64,000 nucleotides of DNA from NCBI RefSeq assembly GCF_009914755.1, contig NC_060946.1; one strand, written 5' to 3'. Below the pieces are notes generated by a model. The model saw nothing but the letters and a program-made list of their open reading frames with translations, did no database searches and was not told the origin of the DNA. The stretch comes from the human T2T-CHM13v2.0 reference genome, Homo sapiens. Positions 1-23,175 of this stretch are shown piece by piece (position 1 is the first letter of the stretch; every line of letters starts with the position of its first letter). A program made the translations under genes and the position numbers.

Positions 1-1080
1 TCTCTCAGAGCTGGAAGAAATCACTTGATCCCTCCTTTTACAAAAGAACAATCCAAGGTTTAGAGAAGCTCGAAAGCTCTTTTAAAAATCATCTAATCTT
101 TTTTTTTCCTGAGACACTCCTTTTGGTAAAATTTGGTAAGCTAGTGAGGAAGAAAACCCTTTGGGTTACAGGGAGAGTATCTAGAGGCATGTTAATCCTT
201 ACTGTTAGTCTTTTTGATAGTCACTTCATTAAAATGTGATCTTTTTCTCTTGGCTTTTCCCCAGCAGCTGCTGCCCTGCCCTTCTGCTTTCTGCTTTGTC
301 CCAGAACAAGTGGGATTTATACACCTGACCCGCCAGTTCCCAAGGGGCCCAGGGGTTACCATACTTGTTTTATGCTGCACTGAATTGGCTGAGTTTTGTT
401 CCTGGTTCTCGTTGTCTGGTGGAACGTGAGAAGCTTCAAAGATTTTTTTAAATGAAAGGATAGGATGTTGATTTAAGCTAGGCATTAGAGTCTCATGAGC
501 TCTCAGTGCTTGAGGATTTCTCACCATTTTGAAGCCTAAAAAGGACTCATTTGCAGAAACCAAGCTCTTAGACCAAATTTAAGGTGAACATTGTGGGGAC
601 TGCATTGGCTCTGAGCTGGGATACCAGGCCAACCCTTCCACTGAATAGCTGTGTGTTCTTGAGCAAGTCTCAACTTGTCTGAGGCTGCATAGGGTATTAA
701 AAATATGACTGGCATGGTAGTCTCTGAGCATGGGTTTGAATCCCTCCTGGACCATCTTTCAGTAGCTTTGTGGTGGTTAGGCAAGTCTATTTTCCTTCTT
801 TTTTTTTTGGCGCCTGCCCCAGTGGATTCACATTTGTTTGAGGGCCACATTGCTAATTAAGTTGGGAGAGAGAAGCATTCATAAAGTGAATGTAAAGTGA
901 ATGTATTTTATACCAAGATTGAAAAGGTCTTAAAGGTGAGAACCCCTATAATGAGACATTTGTTGCAGTGCTCACCTTACGTTGCACAGTTGCACTTATT
1001 AAAAGCAACAAATTCCAATAATAACTGAAAACACAGTTTTCTGTTTATTAAACACCTAATAAGGGTCCTTTATTGTTTGA

Positions 1081-1435
<355 letters not shown>

Positions 1436-2163
1436 TCTTTTCTGGACTCTTAACAATCAGTAGCCACTGTTGATAAGTCTGCAAATATGAGAGGTAAACA
1501 CTATAGAGGGAGAGAATGAACAGCCTGGTACAATGAGATATTTTCTTAAGAAAGAACTTCCCAGGCTGACTGGACTTTGGATTGATCCTCCACTAGGCTT
1601 CACAGAAATCCCTAAGACTTTGCATTACAGTATTACATTTCTTTTACATTTCCTAGAATAAAGGTGGTAAGAGAATAGATCAATGAATTTTTAAGACTGT
1701 AAGAGAGCTAAAGAAGTCAAGAGTGTTCTCTTGAAGAGGGTCTGGGCATAGGAGGCTGTGTGCTTTGGGTGAATATCTTTGCTCAGGTACTTCCTAACAG
1801 AAAAGCAGTGTGAATGCATAACAGGTAAACTGAGGCCAGGTTTATCCACATGAGACTACTCATAGGTAATCTGGGAGCCGGAACAGTTATTCCAGTGGAA
1901 TCATCTGTGCTGACCTTTGGAACTTATCTTTGGAAATTGCTTTTATAGCTGGCAGTTGGATCCAAATTTTCAGTTGGGTTCACCACACAAAGGAATGTCT
2001 GTTTTGCACCAGGCCCAAGGTTAGGCCCTGGAGATAAGAACATAATAAAGATACAGTTCTTACACCTTAGTTCTCTGAATGGGGTGTGGGGGAGGAGAGT
2101 GGAGAGAGAGGGACTGAAGGAGAGAGAAACATATGCAGTGAACTGTAATTAAATAACAAATTA

Positions 2164-2574
<411 letters not shown>

Positions 2575-3034
2575 TTATACATAGAGAATAACTGGAGGTG
2601 TGAATGTCAGGATGCAAGTACATGAATAAAAGTGGCAGGAATAGAAAATAGGTCAAAATGTAACTAGAGCATTCTTTTGTAAGGAATGGTGAGAGAGAAG
2701 GGTCCTTTGGGACCACATTGTAAGGACCATTTGCTCTTTCAGTAACTGTTTATTGAAGGATTGTAGCAGACCAGGGGCCAGACATGGTTTGCTAGCCCTT
2801 TGGAGGTAGCAAAAGCCAACTTTAATGATGTGTGAGAAGTTTTTGTTCCTGCCCCAGGGCCTTTGCACATGTCCCCCCTCTCCAGTGTTAGCCTTCCTTC
2901 CCCCCTTTTTTGCCCCGTTAATTTGTATTCATCCTTTAGAGCTCAGCTTGGAAATTACTTCCTCAAGGAATACTTTGGCCGCCCGCCCTTTTCCTAGTTA
3001 TGAACTTGATATCTTCGTACCACTTGCCCCAATT

Positions 3035-4202
<1,168 letters not shown>

Positions 4203-4324
4203 GACAACTTTTTCATACATGTGGCTGTGAAGGGGAGAAACAAGGATGGTAGCTAGAGGAGAAAAGGATCCAGTGGTTTGGTTTTTTTTAAAATTAGATT
4301 TTAAAACTAAATTAGATTTTAAAA

Positions 4325-4419
4325 CTTAACGAGTTTGCATGTCATCCTTGCGCAGGGGCCATGCTAACCTTCTGTGTCTCAGTCCAATTTTAATGTATGT
4401 GCTGCTGAAGCGAGAGTAC
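4325..4419 (-). pseudogene. U6 snRNA pseudogene, 3'-truncated
   Basis: Reverse complement reads ...ctcgcttcagcagcacatacattaaaattggactgagacacagaaggttagcatggcccctgcgcaaggatgacatgcaaactcgttaag, a diverged U6 with the ACAGAGA box mutated. Confidence 0.93.
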
Positions 4420-5989
4420 CAGAGGTTTTTTTGATGGCAGTGACTTGAACTTATTTAAAAGATAAGGAGGAGCCAGTGAGGGAGAGGGGTGCTGTAAAGA
4501 TAACTAAAAGTGCACTTCTTCTAAGAAGTAAGATGGAATGGGATCCAGAACAGGGGTGTCATACCGAGTAGCCCAGCCTTTGTTCCGTGGACACTGGGGA
4601 GTCTAACCCAGAGCTGAGATAGCTTGCAGTGTGGATGAGCCAGCTGAGTACAGCAGATAGGGAAAAGAAGCCAAAAATCTGAAGTAGGGCTGGGGTGAAG
4701 GACAGGGAAGGGCTAGAGAGACATTTGGAAAGTGAAACCAGGTGGATATGAGAGGAGAGAGTAGAGGGTCTTGATTTCGGGTCTTTCATGCTTAACCCAA
4801 AGCAGGTACTAAAGTATGTGTTGATTGAATGTCTTTGGGTTTCTCAAGACTGGAGAAAGCAGGGCAAGCTCTGGAGGGTATGGCAATAACAAGTTATCTT
4901 GAATATCCTCATGGTGGAAAGTCCTGATCCTGTTTGAATTTTGGAAATAGAAATCATTCAGAGCCAAGAGATTGAATTGTTGAGTAAGTGGGTGGTCAGG
5001 TTACAGACTTAATTTTGGGTTAAAAAGTAAAAACAAGAAACAAGGTGTGGCTCTAAAATAATGAGATGTGCTGGGGGTGGGGCATGGCAGCTCATAAACT
5101 GACCCTGAAAGCTCTTACATGTAAGAGTTCCAAAAATATTTCCAAAACTTGGAAGATTCATTTGGATGTTTGTGTTCATTAAAATCTCTCACTAATTCAT
5201 TGTCTTGTCCACTGTCCGTAACCCAACCTGGGATTGGTTTGAGTGAGTCTCTCAGACTTTCTGCCTTGGAGTTTGTGAGAGAGATGGCATACTCTGTGAC
5301 CACTGTCACCCTAAAACCAAAAAGGCCCCTCTTGACAAGGAGTCTGAGGATTTTAGACCCAGGAAGAATGAGTGATGGGCATATATATATCCTATTACTG
5401 AGGCATGAGAAGAGTGGAATGGGTGGGTTGAGGTGGTGTTTTAAGGCCTCTTGCCAGCTTGTTTAACTCTTCTCTGGGGAACGAGGGGGACAACTGTGTA
5501 CATTGGCTGCTCCAGAATGATGTTGAGCAATCTTGAAGTGCCAGGAGCTGTGCTTTGTCTATTCATGGCCCCTGTGCCTGTGAAACAGGGTTCGGTGACT
5601 GTCACTGTGCCTGTGGCAGTCTGTAGTTACCCAGAGAGAACAAAGCTGCATACACAGAGCGCACAAGGGAGTCTTGTAACAACCTTGTCCTGCTTTCTAG
5701 GGCTGAGTCAGGTACCACAGCTTGATCTCAGCTGTCCTCTTTATTTCAAGAAGTTGACATCTGAGCCATACCAGGAGTATTGTATTTTGTTTGAGGCCTC
5801 TCTTTTTGGAGGAACATGGACCGACTCTGTGCTTTTGTCTATGCTGGTCTCTGAGCTCACACAACCCTTCACCCTCCTTTCTCAGCCAGTGATAGGTAAG
5901 TCTTCCCTATCTTGCAAGGCTCAGCTCAAGTGTCAGCTTCCTCTACAAAGACTTTCCTGGTTCCCCTCATTGGAGTGAACAAGAGTTGA

Positions 5990-6226
5990 CATGGTAGAAT
6001 GGAAAGAGCAGAAGCTTTAGAATGAGCCAGACCTGAGTATGAATGCTAGATCCACCACTTAGCTAGTCAACCCTGCCCCCTGCCTCAAGTTTTAATTTTC
6101 CTATCCATTAAGTGAATATAATAATACCTGTGTCACAGGATTATTTTGAGAATTAAATGAGATTAGGTCTATGAAAGCACCTAGCAGAGTTCTTGGCATA
6201 TAGGAGGCATTCATTAAATATTTGTT
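5990..6226 (+). mobile_element. MIR (representative; similar relics at about 8900-9070, 12870-13070, 15080-15320, 26840-27050, 29590-29790, 34720-34900, 35620-35860, 45320-45530)
   Basis: MIR-like core and tail: ataatacct...acaggattattttgagaattaaatgaga...aaagcacctagcaga...ggcatatagg. Confidence 0.75.
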
Positions 6227-6416
6227 CTTCCCCTTTTATACCCATTACTTTTCTTTTTCTGAACTAAAATAATACTTGGTTCTATCTCTGAAATAACATC
6301 CAAGTGAAAAATCAACAACATGAAAGAGCAGTTCTTTTCCAGTGGATTTGCTTCTTAAGGAGCAGAGATTATGTAATCTAACAGCCTCCAACATACAAAG
6401 AGCTTTGTATCTAGAA

Positions 6417-6758
6417 CAGGGGTCCCCAGCCCCTGGACCGCCAACTGGTACGGGTCTGTAGCCTGTTAGGAACCAGGCTGCACAGCAGGAGGTGAGCGGC
6501 GGGCCAGTGAGCATTGCTGCCTGAGCTCTGCCTCCTGTCAGATCAGTGGTGGCATTAGATTCTCATAGGAGTGTGAACCCTATTGTGAACTGCACATGCA
6601 AGGGATCTGGGTTGCATGCTCCTTATGAGAATCTCACTAATGGCTGATGATCTGAGTTGGAACAGTTTGATACCAAAACCATCCCCCCGCCCCCCAACCC
6701 CCAGCCTAGGGTCCGTGGAAAAATTGGCCCCTGGTGCCAAAAAGGTTGAGGACTGCTG
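6417..6758. mobile_element. MER1B-like hAT-Charlie non-autonomous DNA transposon
   Basis: CAGGGGTCCCCA...TGAGGACTGCTG terminal inverted repeats; 8-bp TSD ATCTAGAA / ATCTAGAG; internal inverted arms agattctcataggag / ctccttatgagaatct; about 340 bp. Confidence 0.88.
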
Positions 6759-7285
6759 ATCTAGAGGACCAATTTATTCAATGTTGGTTGAGTAAATGAG
6801 CTCTTGGATTAGGTGATGGAAAAATCTGAAAAAACAGGGCTTTTGAGGAATAGGAAAAGGCAGTAACATGTTTAACCCAGAGAGAAGTTTCTGGCTGTTG
6901 GCTGGGAATAGTCATAGGAAGGGCTGACACTGAAAAGAAGGAGATTGTGTTCGTTTCTTCTTCTCAGAGCTATAAGCAAAGGCTGAAAGTTCTAGAAAAA
7001 GGCAAGTTTTGTTTCAGTAGAAAAAAGGATAATCAGAACCATTTTTAGAAAATGGAATGAGACTACTTTTGAGGCCATGAGTTCCTTGTCCCTGGAGAGA
7101 TGAGCAGAGGTTGGACAAGTGCTTACCAGAGATCTTGTGGAGGCAGAAACTGTGCATCTAGCAGAGCATTGGCCTAACCCTTTCAAATGAGATGCTGTTA
7201 ACTCAGTCTTATTCTACATGGTAGGAATCCTGTCCCTTTGCCTCCTGCTACTTTGGGCCTCTCAACCTCTTGGTTTTGTGTGCAG

Positions 7286-7385
7286 GTGAAGATGTCTGGA
7301 GGTGTCCAGGCTGTGGGGACCACATTGCTCCAAGCCAGATATGGTACAGGACTGTCAACGAAACCTGGCACGGCTCTTGCTTCCG
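7286..7385 (+). CDS. LIMK2: LIMK2 exon 2 (LIMK2a-specific), first zinc finger of LIM1
   Basis: tgcag acceptor and GTAGGT donor; 100 nt translating (G)EDVWRCPGCGDHIAPSQIWYRTVNETWHGSCF(R), a CxxC...HxxC LIM motif. Confidence 0.97.
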
Positions 7386-7745
7386 GTAGGTGGGCCTATC
7401 CTCCCATCTTTACCAGTGTACTATGGGCCAAGCACTATTTCATGTTCTGATGGAAAACACAGAAACAAGCTTCTGAGTTGAGAATTTCAATCTTAGGGTG
7501 GGGAAAGGAATGTACCAAGGAAGAGCTCATGACCAAACCTCAAGTGTGGCCCCCCTGAACCCAGGTTAAATTGGAAGAGCCATAAATGGGCCAGCTGGAG
7601 GCAGGGTGGGGGGATGAGAGGAGCCCTTTCCAGGGTTGTCCCATATCCCTCACTTTATGGGTGAGGAAACTGAGGCCCAGGAAGAGTGACTTTCCTGTGG
7701 CTGCACTACAGATTATGCAGGTACTTCAAGAGTTGTTTGTATTCT

Positions 7746-8883
<1,138 letters not shown>

Positions 8884-9962
8884 ATAGCTACATTATTTTT
8901 GTAGGCAGCTCAGTTTCTTAAAAATTATACAGACTTCAAATCAGATTTGTTCCTGCTGTCTGAGGCTCAGTTTCTTCATCTGGAAAATGGATGGTAATAA
9001 TCTTGTTGAGATTGAATGAAATAATATATGCAGTGTATCCAGTACATGGTAGACACCCAGTGAATGGTTATTCCTTCCTCCCATCGGATTGGAATTCTCA
9101 AGGGTGGGAACTTGTCTTTATATTCTTCACAACGTAAAATAGTTGAAATTTGTTGGTGGAAAGAAGAGCAGTCCACTCCAGAGGCTGGATGGGCATGCCT
9201 GGCCCCCAAGGTCTGAAGTGGTAGGGCTGTGCCTATATCCTGAGAATGAGATAGACTAGGCAGGCACCTTGTGCTGTAGATTCCAGCTCCTGCACATAGC
9301 TCTTGTTGTAAAACATCCCTGTGCTTATACCAAGTAATTGAGTTGACCTTTAAACACTTGCCTCTTCCCTGGGAACCATATAGGGGATTGGCCTGGAGAC
9401 GTCTGGCCTCTGGAAGAGTTGGAAAGCAGCCATCATTATTATCCTTTCCTTTCAGCTATAACTCAGAGCTCTCAAGTCTTTTCTGTGGATCTTATTGCCT
9501 TGGTTCTTGCCCCTTTTACTCCCAGGGAAGTTGATTCTGTCTTTTCTGTTCCATTTAGTATGACAGGAGCAGAGAATGTCAGAGCTGTAAGGGACCTTAT
9601 AGTTAAAGCCTTTGGCTGGTCCTTTCATTTTATAGCTGGGACTAATAAGTAACGTCAAAACCCAATGAGTTCACAGATTGGGTCTCGCCTTGGCATGTAA
9701 CCCATATGTTCATATTCTTGCTGTTTTCCTATGTGTATGAATATTTTCTATCCAAAATAAGCAGGACAGGGTAGAGCAAGTTAATCTTTGGAATTTCTGG
9801 ATTCTCTTAGAGCTAAAAAACTTCAGAACTAGAAGAAACCACCCACTATATGGTATAACCCATTCATATCACAGATGAGGCCTGAAACCAAAAAGACTTG
9901 CTCAGGCCATGGATGACAAGAGCTGGCCCTAGCACTGAACTCTTGGGTCATTTGTAGGTCTA

Positions 9963-10945
<983 letters not shown>

Positions 10946-12044
10946 CCCTTAATAATCAGTAACTGTCACTTTATATTATGTTGTGAGTGTGTGTCTATAT
11001 ACACCTATATGTATACATTTCTCTTATTACACATTCATTGGTGATCTGATGTGGAGCCCCAGGGATTAAGGGCAACTTTGAACTACCCTGACACAATCAA
11101 GCCAAATATCATTCCCGTGGAGGAAGTAGAGTATCTAGGTTCTGTCTCCTAGTTGCAGCTTTACCTTGAGGACAGAGACTCTAATCCAGCTGTGCTGAAG
11201 GAGCACATCTCCTGACTTCTGAGCTTTCCCCTGGTAAATTCAAACTGGATGTCACGGCGCCCTCAGATAGAGCCTGGTAATTTGCCCTGGGGAGAGTGAC
11301 TGTCTTTTGGATCTAATTTGACTTTTGCCCCAGTTGGAGGAAAATCTTCAGGGCTAGGAAGGATTGTATTTGTCTGACCCCAGAGATAACCTGGGTTTTG
11401 AGGAACATGGGGCATCAACCTGAATGGTCTTGTAAGATCTCTCCCACGCCAGCTTGCCAGTGTTTCTCTGATGAATTTAGAGTACCTGAGTAGTGCAGGC
11501 CTGCTGGGAGGAGGACTCTCCCTCTGTGCTACTCAGAGAAATTCATTCTTCAAGGCCCCCTTCCAGCCTTGCTCTTACCCAGCTGGGCTACAGTTACAAT
11601 AAAGGAAATGACTTTTCTTCTCCCCTTCCCCCAGTACCTTTGTTTTCCTAGTCACAGGGTGGGGCTGGATATTGAATGGAGAAATTGCTGGGGTCCATCC
11701 TAAACTCCTCCCCTCATCTCTCCCTTACATTACCCCATTCTTCTGTCTGCAGCCACATCCATAATCCTGCCTCTGTTAGCCTTCCGACAGACCCTCAGGT
11801 GCCCAGGACAACAGGAAGCTACTTAAAGCTGGAACCTCAGACTGTGCAATGGAGGCCAGTGACAAAACTGAAAGTAGCTCTGTCAGTAATTGTGCTGGTG
11901 CGATTAGGCAGCTGGCCAGAATCTTTTGGATCTCCTGGACATATGGCTGACTAGTCCTCCCAAGCCTTCCCAACAGGCCTCTTTTTTTTCCTTTTTTTCT
12001 TTTCTTTTTTTTCTTTCTTTCTTTCTTTCTTTTTTTTTTTTTTT

Positions 12045-12143
12045 AGGCTAGTGAAGTGAAATTGTGGGAGTGGAAAAGGAACAAAGAAATCGGTAACTGG
12101 TAGTGATCAATTACTTGTAAACACTATTGTACTTGGACCAGCC
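12045..12143 (-). pseudogene. Y3 RNA (RNY3) retropseudogene
   Basis: Reverse complement ggctggtccaagtacaatagtgtttacaagtaattgatcactaccagttaccgatttctttgttccttttccactccc...actagcct matches hY3; A-rich tail (T-tract 11981-12044); degenerate TSD caacaggcct / cagtaggcct. Confidence 0.92.
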
Positions 12144-13727
12144 CAGTAGGCCTTTTTTAAAACTCTGAGTTACCTCTCTTTCCTTTCCTTGAGCAGTGCC
12201 ATTAATTCTGTATCTGGGGCAATCCTTTCTGATGTTCTCTGGACCTGGCTCTCTCTCCTTAGGAGAGGCCAGGAGAGTAGCCAGAGAGCATGTCATTTGT
12301 AGCTGAGGTTAAAGTGTGGAGCTATCAATGGTGACCTGGCCTCTTGGCATGTTAGCAAGCCAGAGGACCTTGACAACTTTTTTGATGATTGTCCGTTCAC
12401 CCTGATCAAAGGTGTTTGGCTTAGGAGGAGGGAAGAAAAGCTACCCCTATTAGTCTTGATGGCCCCAGCGTGGGTCTCTATTGCTTGACCTGGTTCCTAG
12501 CAGCATTATCAGAAGGAAAATCCACCGCTCTTAAGGCTCCTGGGAACTTTCAGGACTTCCTTTCTCAGGATTGCAAACATAAGACTATTTGAGCTTTCAC
12601 TTTTGAAAAGCGGTTACTAATACCTATACTCTGGGAAAGGGCTAATGCAGATAGAAGACTGTGGTCACTGCATCAGGCAACAGACCATTTCCGCTAAATT
12701 TAGTGACTCCAGGAAGGCCAGTGAAGAAATAACACACGTAGCAACCAGAGACTGTGTTGTAATATGTTGGCTGACAGCAGGGTACTTTCTGTGATGCTGA
12801 AAGCCACATTCATTTTCTCTCCCCTCATCCCCATCTAAGCAAGCCTGGTAGAATCATAATTACAGTAATAGGTACCACTTATTGAGTACTCTGTGCCAGA
12901 CACCCTCCTGAGCATACGACATGCATAGCACATTTAATCCTTACAATGACTTAATAAAATGTAGTACTAGTCTTACCTACTTCGAGAATAGGGAAATGGA
13001 GGTTACTTGTTTAAAGTCACAGAGCTAATAGGTAGCATAGCTGAGATTTGAACTCAGGCATTCTTACTCCTTGCCTGCAAGAGTCTCTTGGCATTCTTGA
13101 ATGCAAGCATATTTCTTAACCTCACTGAGGCTCAGTTTCCTCTTATATAATATGGGGTAAAGAGCCCTCACCCTGCCTGCCACACACTGGTAGTGTCAGA
13201 TAACATTGAAGGGTGTTAGTTTAAAGGCTTCATGGACTCTATAATGTCAACAAAAGTGCTGTTAACTTTCTTCTGGGTCTCAGGCTCCTGATGTAGAGTC
13301 AGTGGAGCAACCCTGCCATCTGCTGTTATGCTGTTGATGTTGCTGCCACACTTACTAACCTAAACCTTTGATTCTGGCTGTGGCCTTCTCCAGAAGGTGT
13401 TTACTCATTTGTCCAGTTTATCTTTTAGGAAACAGCCAGCCCGTAGATCATTAAGGCTGGCTATTGGACAGGGGGCTGGGGCCTGCCTGACAGAGGAAGG
13501 AAGGGCAGACATCTGGTTCTTCCTCTGCCCCTACAAGAGACTCCAGCCTGACCACAGAGTGGTACTCCTAGGATGTAGCAGCAGCATATGAGCTTGAATG
13601 TGCCTTAATCCTGCTCTTTACTTTGAGAAGAGAGAACTAAGGACCCACAGATGTTTCACAGCTTCTATAGGAGGCAGAGGTAGAAAAATGGAGAGAGATG
13701 AGGCCAGAGATAGATAACTGATATTAA

Positions 13728-14868
<1,141 letters not shown>

Positions 14869-15329
14869 CTGGTCTCTTAACTGGTTCCCTAAGACAGCTG
14901 GAAATAGAGAATGTCATGGAGCATTCCTAACCATGGGCTCCAGCCTGGCTTTCATTCTGTTTCTCCCCTGAAACAACATTCCTTTAGTAATATTCCGAAT
15001 AACAGCTTCATCAGTCTGTCTACCGACCACTCTTCAGGCTTCATCTTATATGACCTCCCAAACTGCACTAAGGGTTGTATTAGAGAAAAGTGGATAAAGT
15101 TCGGAGTCAGGCTGCTTGAGCTTAAATGCCAGCTTCACTTACCAGCCACCTGACCATGAGTCAGCTGCTTAACCATTCTTTGCCACAGTTTCCTTGTCTA
15201 TGAAAAGGGAAATGGCTCCCACCTCAAAAAGTTGTTAACATTAAATTCAATCATGTATTCAAAGTCCTGAGCAGAATGTCTGGCCATGACTGGGACTTAA
15301 CAGATGTTAGCATTTATTATTAGTATCTG

Positions 15330-17180
<1,851 letters not shown>

Positions 17181-17599
17181 TGCTAGAGGTGGCCAAGAGA
17201 TATGATGTAAGTCAGGCTTTTCCCTGCCCTTCCCCTTCCCCTTCCCCACATCCTTCCTATAGCAGCCACCGTGGCTGCAGTTACTGTAAATGGCAAGACG
17301 GAATCAGTTCCGGACATTGGGTTGTTTTAGAAAATTGCCTGCAAGTGTCAGGGTGATAAGTTAAAGCTTTGTCTTTTGCCCTCAGAGGAGCTATCCCATA
17401 GTGAGTAGAAGCCAGAGAAGCTGACCCCAGGAGTCCTTCTTTCCAGCAGCAGGTCTTGAGCTGCACTTCTCTGTAGCTACAATCCAGGCAGGAACAAGCC
17501 CTAGGTACCTCCGGAGAGGAGGGCAAGAGAGGAAGAATGAGTTCAGCTACTCTAGCCACCAAACTGATTATGAATTGCCCTGAAATCTGAAAAATTTCA

Positions 17600-20212
<2,613 letters not shown>

Positions 20213-22394
20213 TCACCAGAATAGGGTCCTTTGTGGCAACCTGGGCTAGTTTGGCTGACTCACCACTGCCAGGATGAAATTTCTTTCAGTGGCTACTCAT
20301 TTCCCTTTATTTTAAGTCCATGCTCACAGAGCAACCTTCTGATGCCTAATTCAGCTTCCTGGGATACTTAATAACAGGAAGGGTCTGGAAGTAGTACCTG
20401 TATAGGGGATATGAGTGTTCTGATTTTAATAGTCAATTCATAAGTGTACAGAGGGTTTGATAAATGGTTAGGTCAGAACCATCACAGAATGTCTACACCT
20501 CTTTGGACATTAGGAAGGTCAAAAACCTGAAAGGCCAAAAGCTAGGCCTAGATTAGGGTCATTCACCAAGAAAACATCAGCCTTGAAGAGTTCTCTGGGT
20601 GGTCCACCAGTCAACCTTCCTTTGATCACACCTCCTTCCTCGTTGCTTCTTTAAGCATTGACCTGTAATGGGTATGGAATTTTTTGCTCACCTAACTCCT
20701 TCCTTTTACAGAGGAAGAAGTTGAAGCCCAGAGAGATTTAATGGCTTGCCTAAGATCACACGCAGATTTTCTGTTAACCAGGGTGATTTTTCAGGTGTTC
20801 CCTGCCAGACGAGGGCTTTTTTCCTTGAATTGCCTAGAGATTTCTTGAGATATCCGAAGCATTTTTCCCAGTGCAGCCTGGAGAAGGATGTCCCTGTCAA
20901 CACAGCATTTGTTACTCAATGTTAGACATTCAATTTTCTAATTAGTATCATGGAGCAACAGTGGATGATTATCTATAAGGGGTTGCAATTCCATGCTTAT
21001 GTGCTTACAGCCCATATAGACAAATATCAGCTGTTAAAATGACAAGGCAGTAGAGATGTGGCCCCAGGACAAAGGCATACTCTGCTGTTAGTGAACACTA
21101 GTTGGCCAGCAAATTTCACATGGGCATATACACGGCCAACTGTAGACTTTAGGCATTTATACCCATTCAGAGAGCCAAACTGGCAACTAAAGATCAGCAT
21201 TCTCTTTGGCATTTCAGCTTTGCGTTCTGTTAAAAATCACTGCTTGCTTAAATACCTCTGATAGCTCTTCACTGCCTGTAGGCAACTCTTTAGCCTAGCA
21301 GACTTGGTCTTTAGTGCTCTGCCCCTACTCTCTTCCACCATTCTGGCCTCCTGTCTAATTGCTGCCCATATGTGCCATGCACTAGAGCTTACAGACCTGC
21401 TCAGCGTTATATGAGCATACCATACTCTTTATGCCTCAGTGCATTTGCACATGTTGTTCCTTCAGGCCAGAATGCCTGTTACTGCCTGGCAATCAGCCTA
21501 TTAGAGTCTGCCAATACCATCCCATCTTCTGTGGAGGAGCCCCCCGCCAAATCCACCCATACCTCTCCCCACCAATCAGAGACTTCTTCTCTCTTTGTTA
21601 TTCTCTTCGTTATTCTCTTCATACCTCAGTTATATCCATTTCAGTATTTGTTTACACATCTAGCATCACTCTTAGAGTGTGAAATTCTCCAAGTGTGGAG
21701 CCGTATCTAGTTTGTCTTTGTATCCCAGAGCTTAGCAAAGTGCCTAGAATGTAGTGGGTGCTCAGAGTGTTTGCTGGGTGAATGATGTATTTGTTGAACG
21801 ACTCTTTGGACACTTGAATAAAGTCCATCCAGTATGCACCATTACCATCTCTTCGCTCTACAATATTCTTTTAGGCAAGAGCTTATCTTTTGAGGTGATA
21901 AGATAAGCTCAAACTTATGTAGACTAAGACCTCAGTCTGTAAATGTCATCCCTAAGTCTTAAACCATCAAAACCAGGGCCTCAAGGAATGGCATGCCTTC
22001 TGCAACTGTAGCAACCTGCTGTGCTTATTTTGCCGTGTTTTTCATTTTTCCCCCAAAAGCTAGAGTCCCTTCTCCCATGGGCAGTGCTGGAAGTGTGCTA
22101 ACAAATTCTTTCTCCATACTGCTTACGATTACAAAAAAAACCCTCAGCATCTCATGCCAGACTTGAGTTAAGGTTGTTTTCTTTTGTGTGTCAGCTGTAT
22201 TCTGGTCATGACTTCCTGATGATGCCCTATAGAGATTTTGCTGAGATCAGAGGGTGCTCCACTGCCATCAGTAGCACTGACTCTTGCAGAAGCACCGTTT
22301 CTGAAGTTGGCTAATGTCATCCCTCACGTTTGTTTGTTTGAAATTTGTTTTAGTTCCAGAGATAGCACTTTCATGGAATGACGCTATCTTCTAG

Positions 22395-22694
<300 letters not shown>

Positions 22695-23039
22695 TAGAAT
22701 CACCTTTTTATACCATAACGTGAGCACCACTGCCGCGTCACCAAGGAAAGAGAGAGGCAGCTACTGTGGGGTTACAAATGGGTAAGAGTGGCACCAGGAA
22801 GGTGAAAGTCTCTACTTAGCCAAGGCTTAACAAAATGTCAATCACCAAACATTTATTTATTAAGCTACGTTCAGGATAAGAAGATGAACAAGCTATCTGT
22901 ACATTCATTTTCTCGTTTGTAACAAGGTAATGATAGTGATCTATCCTGCCTGCCTCTGAGGGTTATTGTGAGAATAAAATGAAATCAAGTGGAAAAGCAC
23001 TTAGGAAAAAGAAAAGCATTGGTTTTCAATTGTTAGTGT

Positions 23040-23175
23040 GGATCAGAAACACTGGGGCTTGTTTAAAATGCAGATTCTTAGCCCCAGTCTCAGCGATTCT
23101 GATTCTGTATATCTGAAGTGGGACTCAGGAATCTTGATTTTCAACAAGCTGACCAGAGGGTCCAATGCTGCTATT
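23040..23175. mobile_element. MER5A-like hAT relic
   Basis: cttgtttaaaatgcagattct...gattctgattctgta...caggaatcttgattttcaacaagc pattern. Confidence 0.65.

Noticed and set aside
4325-4419. Functional U6 gene
   Set aside because: Mutated ACAGAGA box, truncated 3' end, and no recognisable PSE/TATA upstream.
5451-5978. 175-aa plus-strand ORF in intron 1
   Set aside because: Non-ATG start, no domain similarity that I recognise, and no supporting splice or poly(A) structure.
6557-6634. Hairpin as a novel miRNA precursor
   Set aside because: It is the internal palindrome of the MER1-type element; there is no independent evidence.
12045-12143. Functional Y RNA gene
   Set aside because: Multiple substitutions, an A-rich tail and a TSD indicate retroposition; the type 3 Pol III external promoter is not carried.
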